A DNA stretch of 64,000 nt from Carcharhinus longimanus (lineage: Eukaryota). Under the pieces are notes generated by a model. The model was not told the origin of the DNA. It made no database searches and worked only from the letters and a program-made list of their open reading frames with translations. The position numbers and the translations under genes were made by a program. Within the stretch, counting starts at the first letter, position 1. Each line of letters opens with the position of its first letter. This document shows, in pieces, positions 1 to 13,009 of the stretch. The stretch spans positions 60,504,224-60,568,223 of the forward strand of contig JASCQW010000081.1 of the NCBI GenBank assembly GCA_030264375.1, given 5' to 3'.

Positions 1-1955
1 TCCAATCAACTCCCAGTCACATGAAAATATATCCTCCAAGTTCATCATGTTATCTTTCATCCTTGCTGTACGTTGCTTGAGTATTCCACCTCCTGCCCTC
101 TCTGCAGGTCTTAATCAATTTCTTTCCACCATTCAAGTCCAATCCTAACATTCACCTACACAACTTTTCCTCAAATTTGCTGCCCAGTCACCCTTGCACT
201 CTGATTTTTAAAACTAAGTAGTAAATATACTAGTTACTACTCAATTTACTTACCTTTGTAACCAAGACAATTGGATAAAATCACAATAAGTATCAAGGAA
301 CATAAATAGGCTTTCAAATTACAAATGTAGCTAGGTAACCCACCATATTCCAAATCATAACAAAAGCAACTTAATATCTATTTGTGAATCACTCTGAATA
401 CCTCAAATTGATTTCATAGTTGGCTGCATTTTCCACGGTTGGAATAAAACCTAATTTTTGCATGAGGTGGATGAGCTGATCAGGGATGTCTTATCTTTGC
501 GTGAATATTTAGATTGAAAATCAGAAACCATAAACGTGATCTTTATGCTTTGTCCTGAAAGCAATTAATTGTGGGACAGGGCTTGATACCCTGGACTATT
601 GGACAACTATGGCACAGACAAGCAAGCAGCTCTTCGTTGAGTTGAATTTGGACTGGAAGTCAGGTGCTTGTATCTATACCAGCTATAACAGAGTTTCTGG
701 ACCAATGGACTTTTCCAGACCCACAAAGTTCTGCAGTTCTCAGATCACAAACAGACAGATCCGTGGTGGTGAAATGAAACCTCATGTGCAAGCTCTGTTA
801 TAGGTTCTAGTCCAGATTTCACATTATTAGTTCACTTAGAGATGTGTCAATTATATTTTTGAACACCCAAGTGTTAAATAATTAAAGCAGTCTCCTGCTT
901 TTATTTCTTTTGCCCAGGTTTGCTTTCTTCTTATAAGATGGCTTGTAGTTTAAAAGCCCATGTCACTAGATCCAGTCCAGCAGTTATTATCTATAATTCA
1001 ATTAGCAGAACACAATAGGACTTGTAGCAGATCTGCACGCTAATTACAATTTAAAAAACTTTAATTCAATATGGGTGACAATGCAACACACTTGTAAAGA
1101 TAAAGTCACATTTCATATAGAGCATGGATGTTATCTTTGACAAGATCTTGGCAGAAATATATAGTGAATTCTGACTAATGTAATCCTTTAATTGTTTTGC
1201 CACACGATTCCTGTTGCACATTGTACTTTTAACTTGGCTTGGATCAGCTTATTTTTACTTGGTATATTTGTTTCACTGCAGTAAATTGCATCACTGCAGT
1301 ATATTTACAGAGCGGATTATTTAAGGGAACTTCATTTACCTTCTATTAATTAGAAAAGAGGCAATTGCATGTGATTCTGTCATCTTTGAACTTATAGAAA
1401 TTATAGCCAGGCTAAAGTGCTTAGTGTTTATTCTTGCTCCAAGTGCCTTGCCATCACCCAACCCAATTTTGAGGAACCAAGTGTCTAAAACCAATTGCTG
1501 ACCACAAACCGGTAGAAATTGACAAACAGCTCATAGATGGCCCTTGAGGATGATTGTTGCAAGCACTAAAAATTGAGAAAAGTAATTCAAATGCATTGTT
1601 AGAACAGAATAGAGCACCAAATGTGAACAAGAACAACAAATTACAGGGAAGCATAGATTTCTTCCACCTTGAAAAGCACAATAAATTTATGAGTTTTACA
1701 CACAGTACCAATTTAGATATCTTATTCATCATTATTCTGATCAGCATTATGGAGAGAGAAAAATGGCAGCAATTATTTTCTGGTCCAAAGCATGACACCT
1801 TCAGGACATTTATTTGCAGAGCATTTCATAAGAACAGAAAGTTATCAGTAACATTAAAAAAGATACCAGTTATTTTCTTATATAATCCAAGTTACTGTTC
1901 AATCTCACTACAAGTGCTGTCAACATGTTAAGATGCCCATAGTTTATAGGTTTAC

Positions 1956-2050
1956 CTCATATAGCAGACAACCTAGTGACCAGATGTCAGATTTGAAGTT
2001 GTAACCATTTTCATGTATTCTCTCTGGGGACATGTAATACGGAGTGCCCA
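1956..2050 (-). CDS. NEK7: NEK7-like kinase exon (P+1 loop, SPE, alphaF): (V)[31 protein letters not shown]
   Basis: 95 bp; acceptor ttttctttaaag|TG, donor GAG|gtaaac. Confidence 0.96.
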
Positions 2051-2652
2051 CTTTAAAGAAAAGGAAAAAAAAGTTATAACTTGTGCACAAAGATAAAATT
2101 TTTTTTTACAAGATCACTTAAAGCTTGGTGTTTCATTCATACACGTTTAAGTAAAGAATCTATATTACTTACAAGATGCATATACATACTCCACTGCAGG
2201 TGAAATGTAGTTTAATTCAACATTTCCATCATCTGTCAAACTGATCAGACAAGCTTTCAACAAAACACTTTTGGTTATCACGCTAAACATGATGCTCAAG
2301 TAGAATAGAACCATCGTAGTTGCAGTCTGGTAAGTTGCAACTTTTAAGTGAAAAAGCTTCAAGCAAATCAGATTTTCCCATTATAACCAACATAAAAGCT
2401 GTAGGTAGGGTCTGTGGTCCTTTCCTAATAGAAGTTAAATATTAAAATGTTATACCCTCTAAACTGAAATTTCTTAAATTCCTATATATGCAAATGAAAT
2501 TAACAGTCAAGATGCAATAAATTAAAAGCTATGTGCTAAATTAGAAGAAACGTGCTAATTCTTTGTACTTGATTCCTGTTGGTCACCCCTCTTGCTTGGA
2601 GTGCCTCTCTCCATCTGACTGCTTTTCTTCATCGAACCATCAGTAGGAACAC

Positions 2653-2740
2653 GGGCGAGAAGCGAGCGGGGGGCCTGCACTGGGCGAGAAGCGAGCGGTG
2701 GGCCTGCGCCGGGCGAGAAGCGAGCGGGGGGGCCTGCGCG
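2653..2740. repeat. GC/CpG-rich 29-bp tandem repeat, 3 copies (gggcgagaagcgagcggggggcctgcact)
   Basis: Units start at 2653, 2682 and 2711 with few mismatches. Confidence 0.9.
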
Positions 2741-2987
2741 AATCTGCAAGCAAGGGAGTAGTGGAGTGAAGTGGTGAGTAGGAGGCAGCAGCAGCAGATG
2801 GGGGCAAGGTGGCAGTGGACTGGAGCAAGGCAGCAGCAGGCAGGGGTGCTTTTCCTTTTTTAGATTTCAATGGTTTAAAGCTTTTTCTCCCATACACAAC
2901 ACAACTGCTTCAAAAGATTTTGCACCTTAAAGAAAGATTTCCAAGCTTGTTGTGATTTGAACCAGTGTAGTCAGAGCCTGGGCTTAA

Positions 2988-3330
2988 TCATAGAATCACA
3001 GAACTCTACAGCGCACAAACAGGCCCTTCGGTCCATCGAGTCTGCACTGACCACAATCCCACCCAGGCCCTACCCCCATATCCCTACATATTTACCCACC
3101 AATCCCTCTAACCTATGCATCTCAATACACTAAGGGGCAACTTTAGCATGGTCAATCAATCTAACCTGCACATCTTTGGACTGTGGGAGGAAACTGGAGC
3201 ACCTGGAAGACACCCACGCAGACATGAGGAGAATGTGCAAACTCCACACAGGCAGTGACCTGAGCCAGGAATCGAATCCAGGTCCCTGGCCCTGAAGCAG
3301 CAATGCTAATCACTGTGCTGCCATGCCGCC
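2988..3330 (-). mobile_element. HE1/V-SINE (tRNA-derived) with CR1/HER1-type tail
   Basis: Reverse strand reads ggcggcatggcagcacagtgattagcattgctgcttcag...; V-domain; gattctatga-type tail. Confidence 0.85.
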
Positions 3331-5011
3331 AGCTTCTGGATTATGAATTCAATGACTTTACCACTATGTCCACACCTCATCCTCAAACAAGTACTCAGTG
3401 CTTGTTGTCACAAGTGAAAAATACAATACTCTGAGTATTACTGATGCAAATTACCAAATTAATCCCAGTAAACAAGTTCTCTTCACTGGTATTGCTTTCG
3501 GAGTTGCATTAAAATTGTAAATGGAAATCACCCATGCTGATTTATCTCCCATTTAGAAATCACTGGCAGCTTTAACTAATACAACTATATATTTATTTTT
3601 GCACAGAGCAAAAACCAAACCCTACCTCGTTGCACTATTCTTAAGAAAGGGCCTTGATAAGTCTATTGCTACAGCTTTATACAGAACAAATCAACTTCAG
3701 TAAAGCAAATGAACAGTCTCTGACAGTAATGCAGTTCTGGCTTGATTTAAAAGTTATGGACTTCCAGTTTTAAATCAATCATTTGGAGGCACCAACAACA
3801 GTAAAATTTAAGTCAAGGATAAATGTACAAAGCCACATTTAAGCAATTATTACGTATAAAGATGCATTTAGCCCATTTGAGCTGCAAAGGGTCAACAGTA
3901 ATCACCTCTTGTTACCATAAAATATGATACTAATAATTGGCAGTGAACAACATGCAAGCTTATGGATGTGGAGAATCCACAGGAAAATCTGCAGGGGGCA
4001 GGGAAAATATTTCAGCATGCACATAAGTAGCTTCAGAAAGGTACTGACAGTCAAGCTGATCAGAAAAATGAATCACAAGAAGCATCAAACATTTGCCAGC
4101 AATTCTAGGATTGAAGTTAATTTTAGTACACAAGCAAATTTCGATGTTAGATTCTGTCCATAAGAGTTATACCAGTAACAAAGATCATTATCTAAACATT
4201 ATTTCTTTATTCAGAAATAAAATGATCTCTTGCTCCGAGTCGCAGGTATAATTAAATAGTTATGTCAGATTCATCTGATAAATTTGCACATAAAATACAA
4301 CTGAAAAACTTGATACCTAAAAAATGGAGTTGTGAAAGACTTCAGGACAAGTAAATAACAAACTCTAGAAAATAACAGCTGTCAAATAAAATTAACTATG
4401 AAGAGTGACTTTTCAGACTGTGAACTTTTAGGTCACAAGTATTAACTGTAGGGTATGAAGTCCCTGCATTTTCAAGGCAAGTTTTAGTTCTGAAATTTAG
4501 AAGGGCTGTTCCAAGCAATACAAACTAGAAATCAAATGCTGAACTTACAGCACTGACAAATTGCTTCTTTAGCTGCAAAATCAGGGCACATAGGTGGTGT
4601 TCAAAGATGGGACAAACTTAATGATTTGGGAGAAAATAACAAAATAATTANNNNNNNNNNATTAGGGAAATCAGGAAACCTAACCAAGCACATAAACATT
4701 GCTCAGATAATTTAACACATCTTCTACAAAGGTAAATTAAGTTGAGTGCATGACTGTTGGTGACAGCAAATGATCTAGGCCAAGACGACCACTGAAATGA
4801 AATGGAAGTGCAAAGTCACAACAGAAATGCACCCTTTTAAATCTCAAAATAATGGATAACAATGTAAAATGTTTGGCACCTTAGCAGGAACCTATAATAA
4901 ATAAGATGTCTAATCTGCTACAATTTCTAAACTAAGAGAAAAATGATAAGCGCTTTGCATGTCTGAGGATCTATCACTGTTTTATTTTACTCCCAACATA
5001 GTTTATTGTTA

Positions 5012-5235
5012 ATAAAATCAGAAAATGCTGGTAAAATTCAGCAGATCTGACAGCTTCTGTGAAGAGAAAATCAGAGCTCACTTTTTGAGTCCATTATGAC
5101 ACCCCTTCAAAGAGGACTCACAATGGACTCAAAACATGAACTCTGCTTTCTTCTAAACAGATGCTACTAGAGCTGCTGAGCTTCTCCNNNNNNNNNNTCA
5201 GATCCCCAGAACGTGCAGTCTTTTAATTCATTTCT
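5012..5235. mobile_element. Short palindromic Penelope-derived element (inverted terminal regions)
   Basis: aaaatgctgg...agcagatctgacagcttctgtgaagagaaaatcagagctcactttttgagtccatt pairs with aatggactcaaaacatgaactctgctttcttctaaacagatgctactagagctgctgag. Confidence 0.6.
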
Positions 5236-6935
5236 TACCTACAAATTTAGTGCTCTATATCAAGCTTGGCTTATTTCCCCACTGATGTCACAATAGTGGG
5301 CTGCAATGTACCATCATGTTTTACAAGATGAAGAAAAATATTCCACAGTGGCTTTTGTCTCTAATGTTGCACAAGAATCGTTTGAGTTAATTAATATTTT
5401 GTTTATTTGTAAAGTTAAAAGATATTAATGTGCAAGAGTCCAGAATAATCACAAAGTTATTGTCCAATTCTGGTTTTTGAAACTGCAGAGACTTTACTGA
5501 TGATTTCAAATGATGCTTCAAGTCTTCAGTATATTATGCCCCAAACAATTTGGACTCACGACACACTCTCAAATAAACTGGTAGAAGCAGGTCGTTTTGA
5601 AGATGACAAAACGTTAAAGGCGGCAACTGGTTTCTGTGGAATGTCTGACAACTGACCTGCTTCTACTTTTTGATGAAGGAAACTGGTGTAGGAATCAGGA
5701 CATTGTTATTAACTACTGTTGTGTCCCAATTTGTGCTTCCTTCTGGAAGCTACCTGATCTGATTTCCCTAGAGTTGCTCACACACCTCATGAGGCAAAGT
5801 TGTTATGGAGGAAAAGATTACATTTCCTGCTGGAGACAGAGAATAGCCTCCTGCAAAAGGATGAAAGCCTGATCATGATGAACACGAAATCCTAGGAATC
5901 TCAGAAACTTGTACACAGAAGCTGAAGATAGAGGCAGAATTCTCACACAGTGAAGAATGGCTTCTGTTATACAGAATCCAAAAAGCACCAAGTCATGTAG
6001 GTTCAGACAAAACAACTCTCAAACGGGCTTTGTTCCAATGTTCCCAATAGAGCAGACAATAGACATTTATTACTAAAACAATAAAGCAACACATGAATAC
6101 TATGCCATACCAAAACTACAAATGTAAACAAAAGGCCCTTTTTTAACAACACTGTTCTAGCTGCACATAATACAACCTTTTGATCTGCTCTCAAAAACAG
6201 GCCTCCAAAACTGATTGCTGTTGAATTGTTTGAGCTTTGCTTTGCAGGCAAGTTCAGCATTGACTCTCCACATGCTCAAATACAAAGCATATTTATCATT
6301 CATAAACTAAAATCTGCTAACATTTTATAATCAAACCATGCAATTCTATGTTAGTTCCAGTGTCTGTGCTAAGGATAACAAAATTTCAAACTGGGAAAAG
6401 ATCACCTTAGCACCATGAATTTGATTGGCATTAAGACTGTGGATTTCACTTTCATTATTTCAGGATGAGATTGAGAAATTATTAATTTCCACAGCGTTTT
6501 GGCCATCTTGCCATTATCTTCCAGTGCTACAATGTTATAGCATGACATCTAGTGCCAGACACAAAGTCTAGTGCTCCTCAAAATATGTGCTGAAACAGTG
6601 GTTTGATTTTAGCAATCTAATGCCCTCCCTGTGTGCAGCACTTTTAGACCTATCATCTCATGAAAAGTCTGAAGTCCTGCTCAGTGAGAAGCATTATGAC
6701 ACTGTAATAAATGGGATCATGACTCAGCACCCAGTTATGTGCGGAACTCGAGAGCGCTAATTCAGCAACTAGCATTAACTGCTGATATTGGCAGTCAAAT
6801 TGGACAGTAGTTGAAAACATCTCAGATGTCGGAACAGCCACTTCATTAAAGAAAGCTGAAACATTAGTGCAAGGCAAGATGAGGTTGTGTACAAATGCAT
6901 AAATATGATCTCCAAGAAATGAAGGCACTGTAGTT

Positions 6936-7251
6936 GGGGCAGCACAGTAGCAAGCACTGCTGCTTCACAGTGCCAGGGACCCTGGTTCAATTCCAGCCTG
7001 AGGTTGCTGTCTGTGTAGAGTTTGCACTTTATTCCTGTCTCTACGCGGGTTTCCTCCAGATTCTTCGGTTTCCTCCTACAGTCCAAAGATGTGCGGGTTA
7101 CGTTGATTGGCCATGGTAAATTGACCCAAGTGTCAGGGAGATTAGCAGGGTAAATGTGTTATGGGAATAAGACCTGGGTGGGATTGTTGTCAGTATAGAT
7201 TCAATGGCTGAATAGCCTCTTTTATACTGCAGGGATTCTATGATTCTGTGA
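6936..7251 (+). mobile_element. HE1/V-SINE with CR1-type tail
   Basis: tRNA-like head with ggttcaattcc B box, V-domain, gattctatgattctgtga tail. Confidence 0.85.
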
Positions 7252-8084
7252 ACACTCTTCTGGTCCATTGAATACTGACTCCATAAGAGACATTCTATTT
7301 TATGAGCAAATTTTTTTATGGCTCAGTTGAAATCCTGTCCAACATGAGCAGCTAGTGGCTATTCAAGCCAGAGAGAAGGCAACACCACAAAATCCAAAGC
7401 AGCAGTCTCAAATCTAATGGTTAGCTTGAGTCTATTTCCGACAACCCACTGCAGGTGCCAGTACTTCAAGGGAACAGATCTTACCTTCTTTCTGCCTTGT
7501 TCTATTTCTGGTTTCACATGTTCTGCATCCAAGACTTCTTACCTTTTATCATCATTCATGGATGTAGGAATAATGATAAAAGATAGCTACATTTGTGGTA
7601 ACATAATTTTAAGTCAGATTCCAGAGACGGTGTACCTGAACCTGCTCCTGAGATTATTGACTCTGGGTCTCAATTTTTCAAGGTTGTGTATCCATTACTG
7701 GGCTGAGGGACCTGGAAATAGCAGTATGTAGGCCTTAAGGAAGATCAAAGATGCTGATCTGGCAAAATCTAAAACAATAGTAAAGCTGCACTGCATCCTG
7801 CCCTTTTCCTGAACAGGTGCTCTTATAGTGGGTGATAAGAAATAAGGACACAGAAGTCCTTAGTCTGCACGAAGCGTTGCAGAATCCAGAAGAACAAGGC
7901 AGAAGCCAGGCACAATTATGTCTCTTGGCTCAAACTCACCTTCAAGCTCAAAGTCAAACGTTTAACAGGGCTCAGAGACAGAAAGGGAAAAAGACATATC
8001 TTGACTTAGAATTTTACAAGCTCACTGGAGATCTCAATACTTGACAGTGAATGAAACACTATTGATATATAGCCATTGTTGCAA

Positions 8085-8610
8085 CGTAGGAAATGTGGGT
8101 AATTGTATAGAGCATGGGTGAGGCCATGCCTGGAACAGTGTGCGCAGTTTTGGTCTCCATTTTTAAGAATGGACATACTTGCTTTGAACGGGGAAGAATA
8201 AAGATTGATGCAATTGTTTCTCATGATGAGAAGCCCAGTAAATTGGGTCTATACTCCCTGTAAATTAGAAGAATGAGGTGTGTTCTCATCGAAACAAAGA
8301 TTCTCAAGTGGCATGATGGGATTGACATTGAGAGGATGTTTCCTAAGAACACAGTCTCAGGATTCAAGTCATTGATCACATAGGACTGAGATGAGGAGAA
8401 ATTTCTTCACTCAGAGGGTTGTTAATCTTTGGAATTCTCCATTCCAGCGGATTGGTTTTTATTGTGGGTGCTGTATCGTTGAATATATTCAAAGGCTAAC
8501 ATGGATTGTCTTTTATTCATGTGTGTGATATGAGCAACCCGGGTGACTAGGCACAAGGTAAGTCATTGTAGTATTCAGTAACAATGCAGGCTCAAGGGGC
8601 TGCACTATTT
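8085..8610 (+). mobile_element. CR1/HER1 LINE 3' fragment, decayed
   Basis: VRPCLEQCAQFWSP motif; gagatgaggagaaatttcttcactcagagggttgttaatctttggaattct. Confidence 0.75.
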
Positions 8611-9656
8611 CTTTTGTAAAACCTATTTATGTAGCAAGTGATGATGATTTGAAATGCATCCCCTAAAAGAATCGCTGAGGCAGATTCTAGCCTGTCTCTC
8701 CATTAGATGGGTACCTGAAGGGAAAAGATTTGCAAGACTCTGTGTAAAGGACGGCACTAGCTATATCGGTCTTGCTGACAGCCAGCACTGACTCAATGGT
8801 GCAAATGGCCTCTTTGTATGCTGCACCTACTATATAAACCTATTCTATGAAATAACCAATGAATTCCATTGTCTGGAAAATACTGGCTTGAAATAGAATG
8901 GCAATTTGAGAAACAGTTTCTCCAAAATTGTAGGTAGGAGTTTCCAATCTTGTCTGTTCCTGCCCCATTGCAATCGAAAACGGAGATTTTGGTGTTCTAG
9001 TCAAAACCCCATTCACTTGAGTGGCATCAGAGAATCCCAGCCGTGAACAAGGATGGAGTTTTTCGGTGTATATTTGTGTCCCCAACTGTTCTAAGTAAAT
9101 GAATGCCATGCCCACTGAAATCCTATTTCAATTAAGGCTGCTGAAAGGTAACAGTTTTTTTTAATCTGCAGTCAACTCTTTGGATAAAATATTAGCTTAG
9201 AAAAAGGTTAAAATGATCAGTTGAGCTATGCCTTAACCAACACAAACTACAAAATAAGGTAGCAATGTAATAAAGAAAAATAGCTGTCTGATTGTTCAAA
9301 GTTTTCTGCATTATAAACCCTTGAAAGGATCAATGGGTCAGCTCAGCATGTCGCCTTGAAGCAGTCTATTCATCATAAACTCTTTGGTCTTTATTACACT
9401 GTTGCGTAATCAGAGTTCTGTATCAGTAGCAAAATTGGACTTGTTACTTCCAGACATACCCTGTGTTATGGCAAAGGTCAAAGAAACAGGAAACCCCCCC
9501 TAACTGCACAAGGAAATAGATACACCCAATTTTGGTTAGGGAGCATGCCTTTGCTGCTTGCATGTTTACAACAGACATATGGTTTTGGTCACACTCTTAA
9601 TGAAATGCATCCCGCTTCTGTAATTAGATGGTTTCATGTTGTGCAGGATTGCTCAC

Positions 9657-9764
9657 CTAAAGAATGTGCTGCTGTAGTTTTCGAACTAAAGAATCTACCT
9701 AATCCAAGGTCTCCCAGCTTTACTACCCCTGTTGCTGTAATGAACACATTCGCGGGTTTGATAT
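9657..9764 (-). CDS. NEK7: NEK7-like kinase exon (catalytic loop, DLG motif, activation loop): (D)[35 protein letters not shown](V)
   Basis: 108 bp; acceptor cccttgcag|AT, donor TTAG|gtgagc; phase 1/1. Confidence 0.96.
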
Positions 9765-11224
9765 CTGCAAGGGAACAAAACATATGTAAATAAATGTTAA
9801 GTATTTACACTTTATGACAAATTGAAATATTTTCTAAACAACTTAATATGGTCTTAAAACTCAGTCATTCAAATGAAATAAAAAATACTTTTGCTTCCCA
9901 ATATTAGCAAAATGGAAAATCTGCTGTTTCAAATTCTCTATTAATTCTGAATTAAACAGAATCAAATACGTTTCTATCTCACTTTCTAATTTAACAGATG
10001 AGACAATAGTTTAGCAGTTTTTGAAGAAATAAAATTGGTCTCAAAATCCCTCAAAATTATTTGCCTCTTATTCTTACATGTTCTTGCCTTATCCCTGGAG
10101 GACAAGGCATTTATGGTGCTAAGTATACTTCCACAGACATCCAAGGGTGCCTTGTTTCTTTTTCTTCTCCCAACTGCTGCTTAAACTGAGATCCAGCAAT
10201 TGAGTTCAAGACAGGGGTATAATCCAAGTCTTTCCCAGACACCATGTAAAACCAAAAAATAGGCCAACAATGGTTAACTCACGAGACAATAAAATTGTGG
10301 AAACCATGGATTCTCTCAATGTTCTGTCAAATCATTCTCCACCACGTTAGTAACAATGCAATTCCCAAACTTCTGACCTTGTGGTTCTATAAATAGTTGC
10401 TAGAGTTTACATGAGTGCAAAAACGTTTATTCATTCTTCACGTTTCCTTCCCACCTCGGAAAAGCACAAGATTTTGCCAGGTATTGAATTATATAGTCAT
10501 TTGTAAACAAATGCATATGGCATCACTGAAATGCCAAAACTGGCATCTATGGAACAGGTTGAGGTACTTCTGATTGTACTTATATGTAGAGTAAATACTG
10601 TTTCATTTATTTGATCTCAAGTTGATAGTTGTACATCGTAGTTGCAGTTAGAATAGATTTGACAATGGATGAAAAAAAAATCAACTTTATAGGTCAAATC
10701 TTCTGATTTCTGACCAGATTGTCAGAAACTGGGTATATGACTGAAGCTACATGTTGGGACCCAGTGGTCCACGTGTCAGGACTTCCAATGTGGGAATTAC
10801 TGGAAAGTTTCAGCTTCTGGTAGGCAATTCCCCAACTCCTCAGCACCTCCCTGAGTTGGAAACTTCAGACAGTTGCAGGGTACTTAACTGGATAGTTACC
10901 TTTAGACAGATGAAAGTATAGTTTAATACCTGGGTAACTAAGCTACTGATTCCTAATCACTGCCCTTGTTCATCCAGCCCAACTACTGCTCCAAGTCGAT
11001 CAGACTATCCATTGATGCTTCGGCTGGGGCGGGAGGGATGCTGCATATTTCCATAAAAGCCAAAGAAATGTACAGTAGCATCAAGTATAGGAGAGTTATA
11101 GGCACAGCAGAAATCTGACAATCATTATTGTTGCTAAGACAACCCTGGCCTGACATGTTTTACCAATTAGGAGTCAAATTGATAATCAAACTGTCTTCCA
11201 TACTCCTTATAAATAAAATGAGGG

Positions 11225-11358
11225 TTTGAAGAGTGTCTTATTGGACTCTGAACTCTGTTTCTCTCGCCACAAATGCTGCCAGATGTGCTGATTTTTTCCC
11301 CAGCATTTTCTGTTTTCATTCATATTTCCAGAATCTGCAGGTTTTTGCTTTTATTTCA
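11225..11358 (+). mobile_element. Penelope-derived terminal fragment (same family as 5012-5235)
   Basis: ctctgtttctctcgccacaaatgctgccagatgtgctg...cagcattttctgtttt...ccagaatctgcagg. Confidence 0.55.
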
Positions 11359-11989
11359 AGGTTTAATTTAAATTGTCAATGATAAACAAGAAAGAACTAA
11401 AACAGATAAGCACAGCTGAAGAACAAATTAGCTTCAATCTGAGCAGTAAAATTGGGACATATCAAAGAAGCAATTGCAAAGGAGCTTTAGTCAGTGCTGA
11501 GATTTTGACCATCAGACCATAACTTACATTTGTGGGCTCTTTCACAGAAGGATTGACCTCAGTAACACAATCCATTAATTATCCACTATTTTCAACTTGT
11601 AACAGTACAGCCAATGATCTCAGAACTAATTAGGACAAATACTTAAGTGCTTGGCATTCTGAAGAGATGATTTATTTCCACCCTCTTACACTAGAATTTT
11701 AACTTTGATAAGGTGCACATCATTTAAGTAGGAAAGGAAGTTGAGGAGGAGCTTAGGAAGGAATGAAGGAGACAGAACAAAAACTAGGGTTAAAGAATTA
11801 GGGAAATGAGTACCAGACACAAGGGAACAGTGAAGAGGAACTTGGGATGAGGGATCAGGGAATTTGGCCGGATCACCAAGGAATGCAGATTAGGTGAAAC
11901 TGACAGAGCAATGTCAAGCCATGTAGGAAGAAAATGGGGAAGAGGGTTGAGAGAATGAGGAATGGCAGTGTGGAGGAGTGATGAATGAA

Positions 11990-12327
11990 TATGCATTAAT
12001 ACGACATATCTCATGAGCTCAGGATGTCTCAAAGTTCTTCACACAGTGTTGTTTCTGCTGCAATTTAGGAAACACGACTGCCCATGTGGGCATAGTGAGC
12101 TCCCACTAATAGCAACATGAGAATGACCAGATAATTTGTTTTAGTAACGCTGGCCGCAAGATTAAAATTAGCCAGGACTTCAGGTAGCAGTCCATCTTCT
12201 ACTTTGAACAGGGCTAGGGTGATTTATATGTCCAACTTAGAGAAACGATGGAGCTGATTTAAAATCTCAAAAAAACAGCATCTTATAGAGCGCAGCATTC
12301 CCTCAGTACTGTACAGTAGATCAGCCC
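11990..12327 (-). mobile_element. DeuSINE (SacSINE1/AmnSINE-like), old copy
   Basis: Reverse strand resembles the recalled Deu domain: gtactgagggaatgctgc...attatctggtcattctcatgttgctattagtgggagctcactatgcccacatgggcagtcgtgtttcctaaattgcagcag. Confidence 0.7.
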
Positions 12328-13009
12328 ATCAAAAGCATGAGATAGAGTTGCAAAGGAGAAATAGGAAGCAGCAATAGAAGAGGTAATCTTGTGATTCTTC
12401 TGACTAACAGCAGTCCCAAAATCCAACATACAGCTGCAGCAGCAAGCATCATGCAGCACCTCCTATTGCTTTCTCTCAATCTGAGCCACAACAGATCACA
12501 GGTCAGATGCCTTCCACACAAAACCAATGTCACTCACCATATCCCTCCAAAATGGAAAAGACACACAAGAGATGTACAACAGAACGAGGTGAGGAACTTA
12601 TCAAAAAAGAGTTTCACACGTCTACAACATGTGCTGTGATTCTAGTTTCAAGAGACCATGGTGTCAGTGACCAAAAAACAATGACCCATAGGCCAGGAGG
12701 AGCACAGTTTTTAAGGTGTTTCACTTCCCTGGCTTTGGCAATCTTGTGGAGCTCACACATGCCACTTCTGAATGCTTGCCTATCCATCCAAATTAGCATA
12801 TAATCAACATCAGGAAAACAATCACGAGAAATCCAGACCTTTGAATCAATGGAAAGCTACTGACTGGGAAGTAGTGTAATTTTTTTGTAATATGTGCATA
12901 TTGCATGACCTCATGAATTCAAGAGGAACCCTATTCACAAACATTTTTAACCTAGTCGTCACTTAAAGCACCCCCCTTAAAGAGATCAGCCACATGACTA
13001 CACAAGCGT

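Noticed and set aside
1-1955. Next kinase exon (MAALQSPFYGDKMN...)
   Set aside because: No matching minus-strand sequence was seen; it is presumably beyond the window start.
2653-2740. CRISPR-like array of 29-bp repeats
   Set aside because: The repeats are contiguous with no spacers, there are no cas genes, and the context is vertebrate.
12380-12830. Harbinger transposase remnant (FHFPGFGNLVELTH-like)
   Set aside because: There is only a faint resemblance to the GFP..G.ID.TH motif, too weak to call without a profile search.
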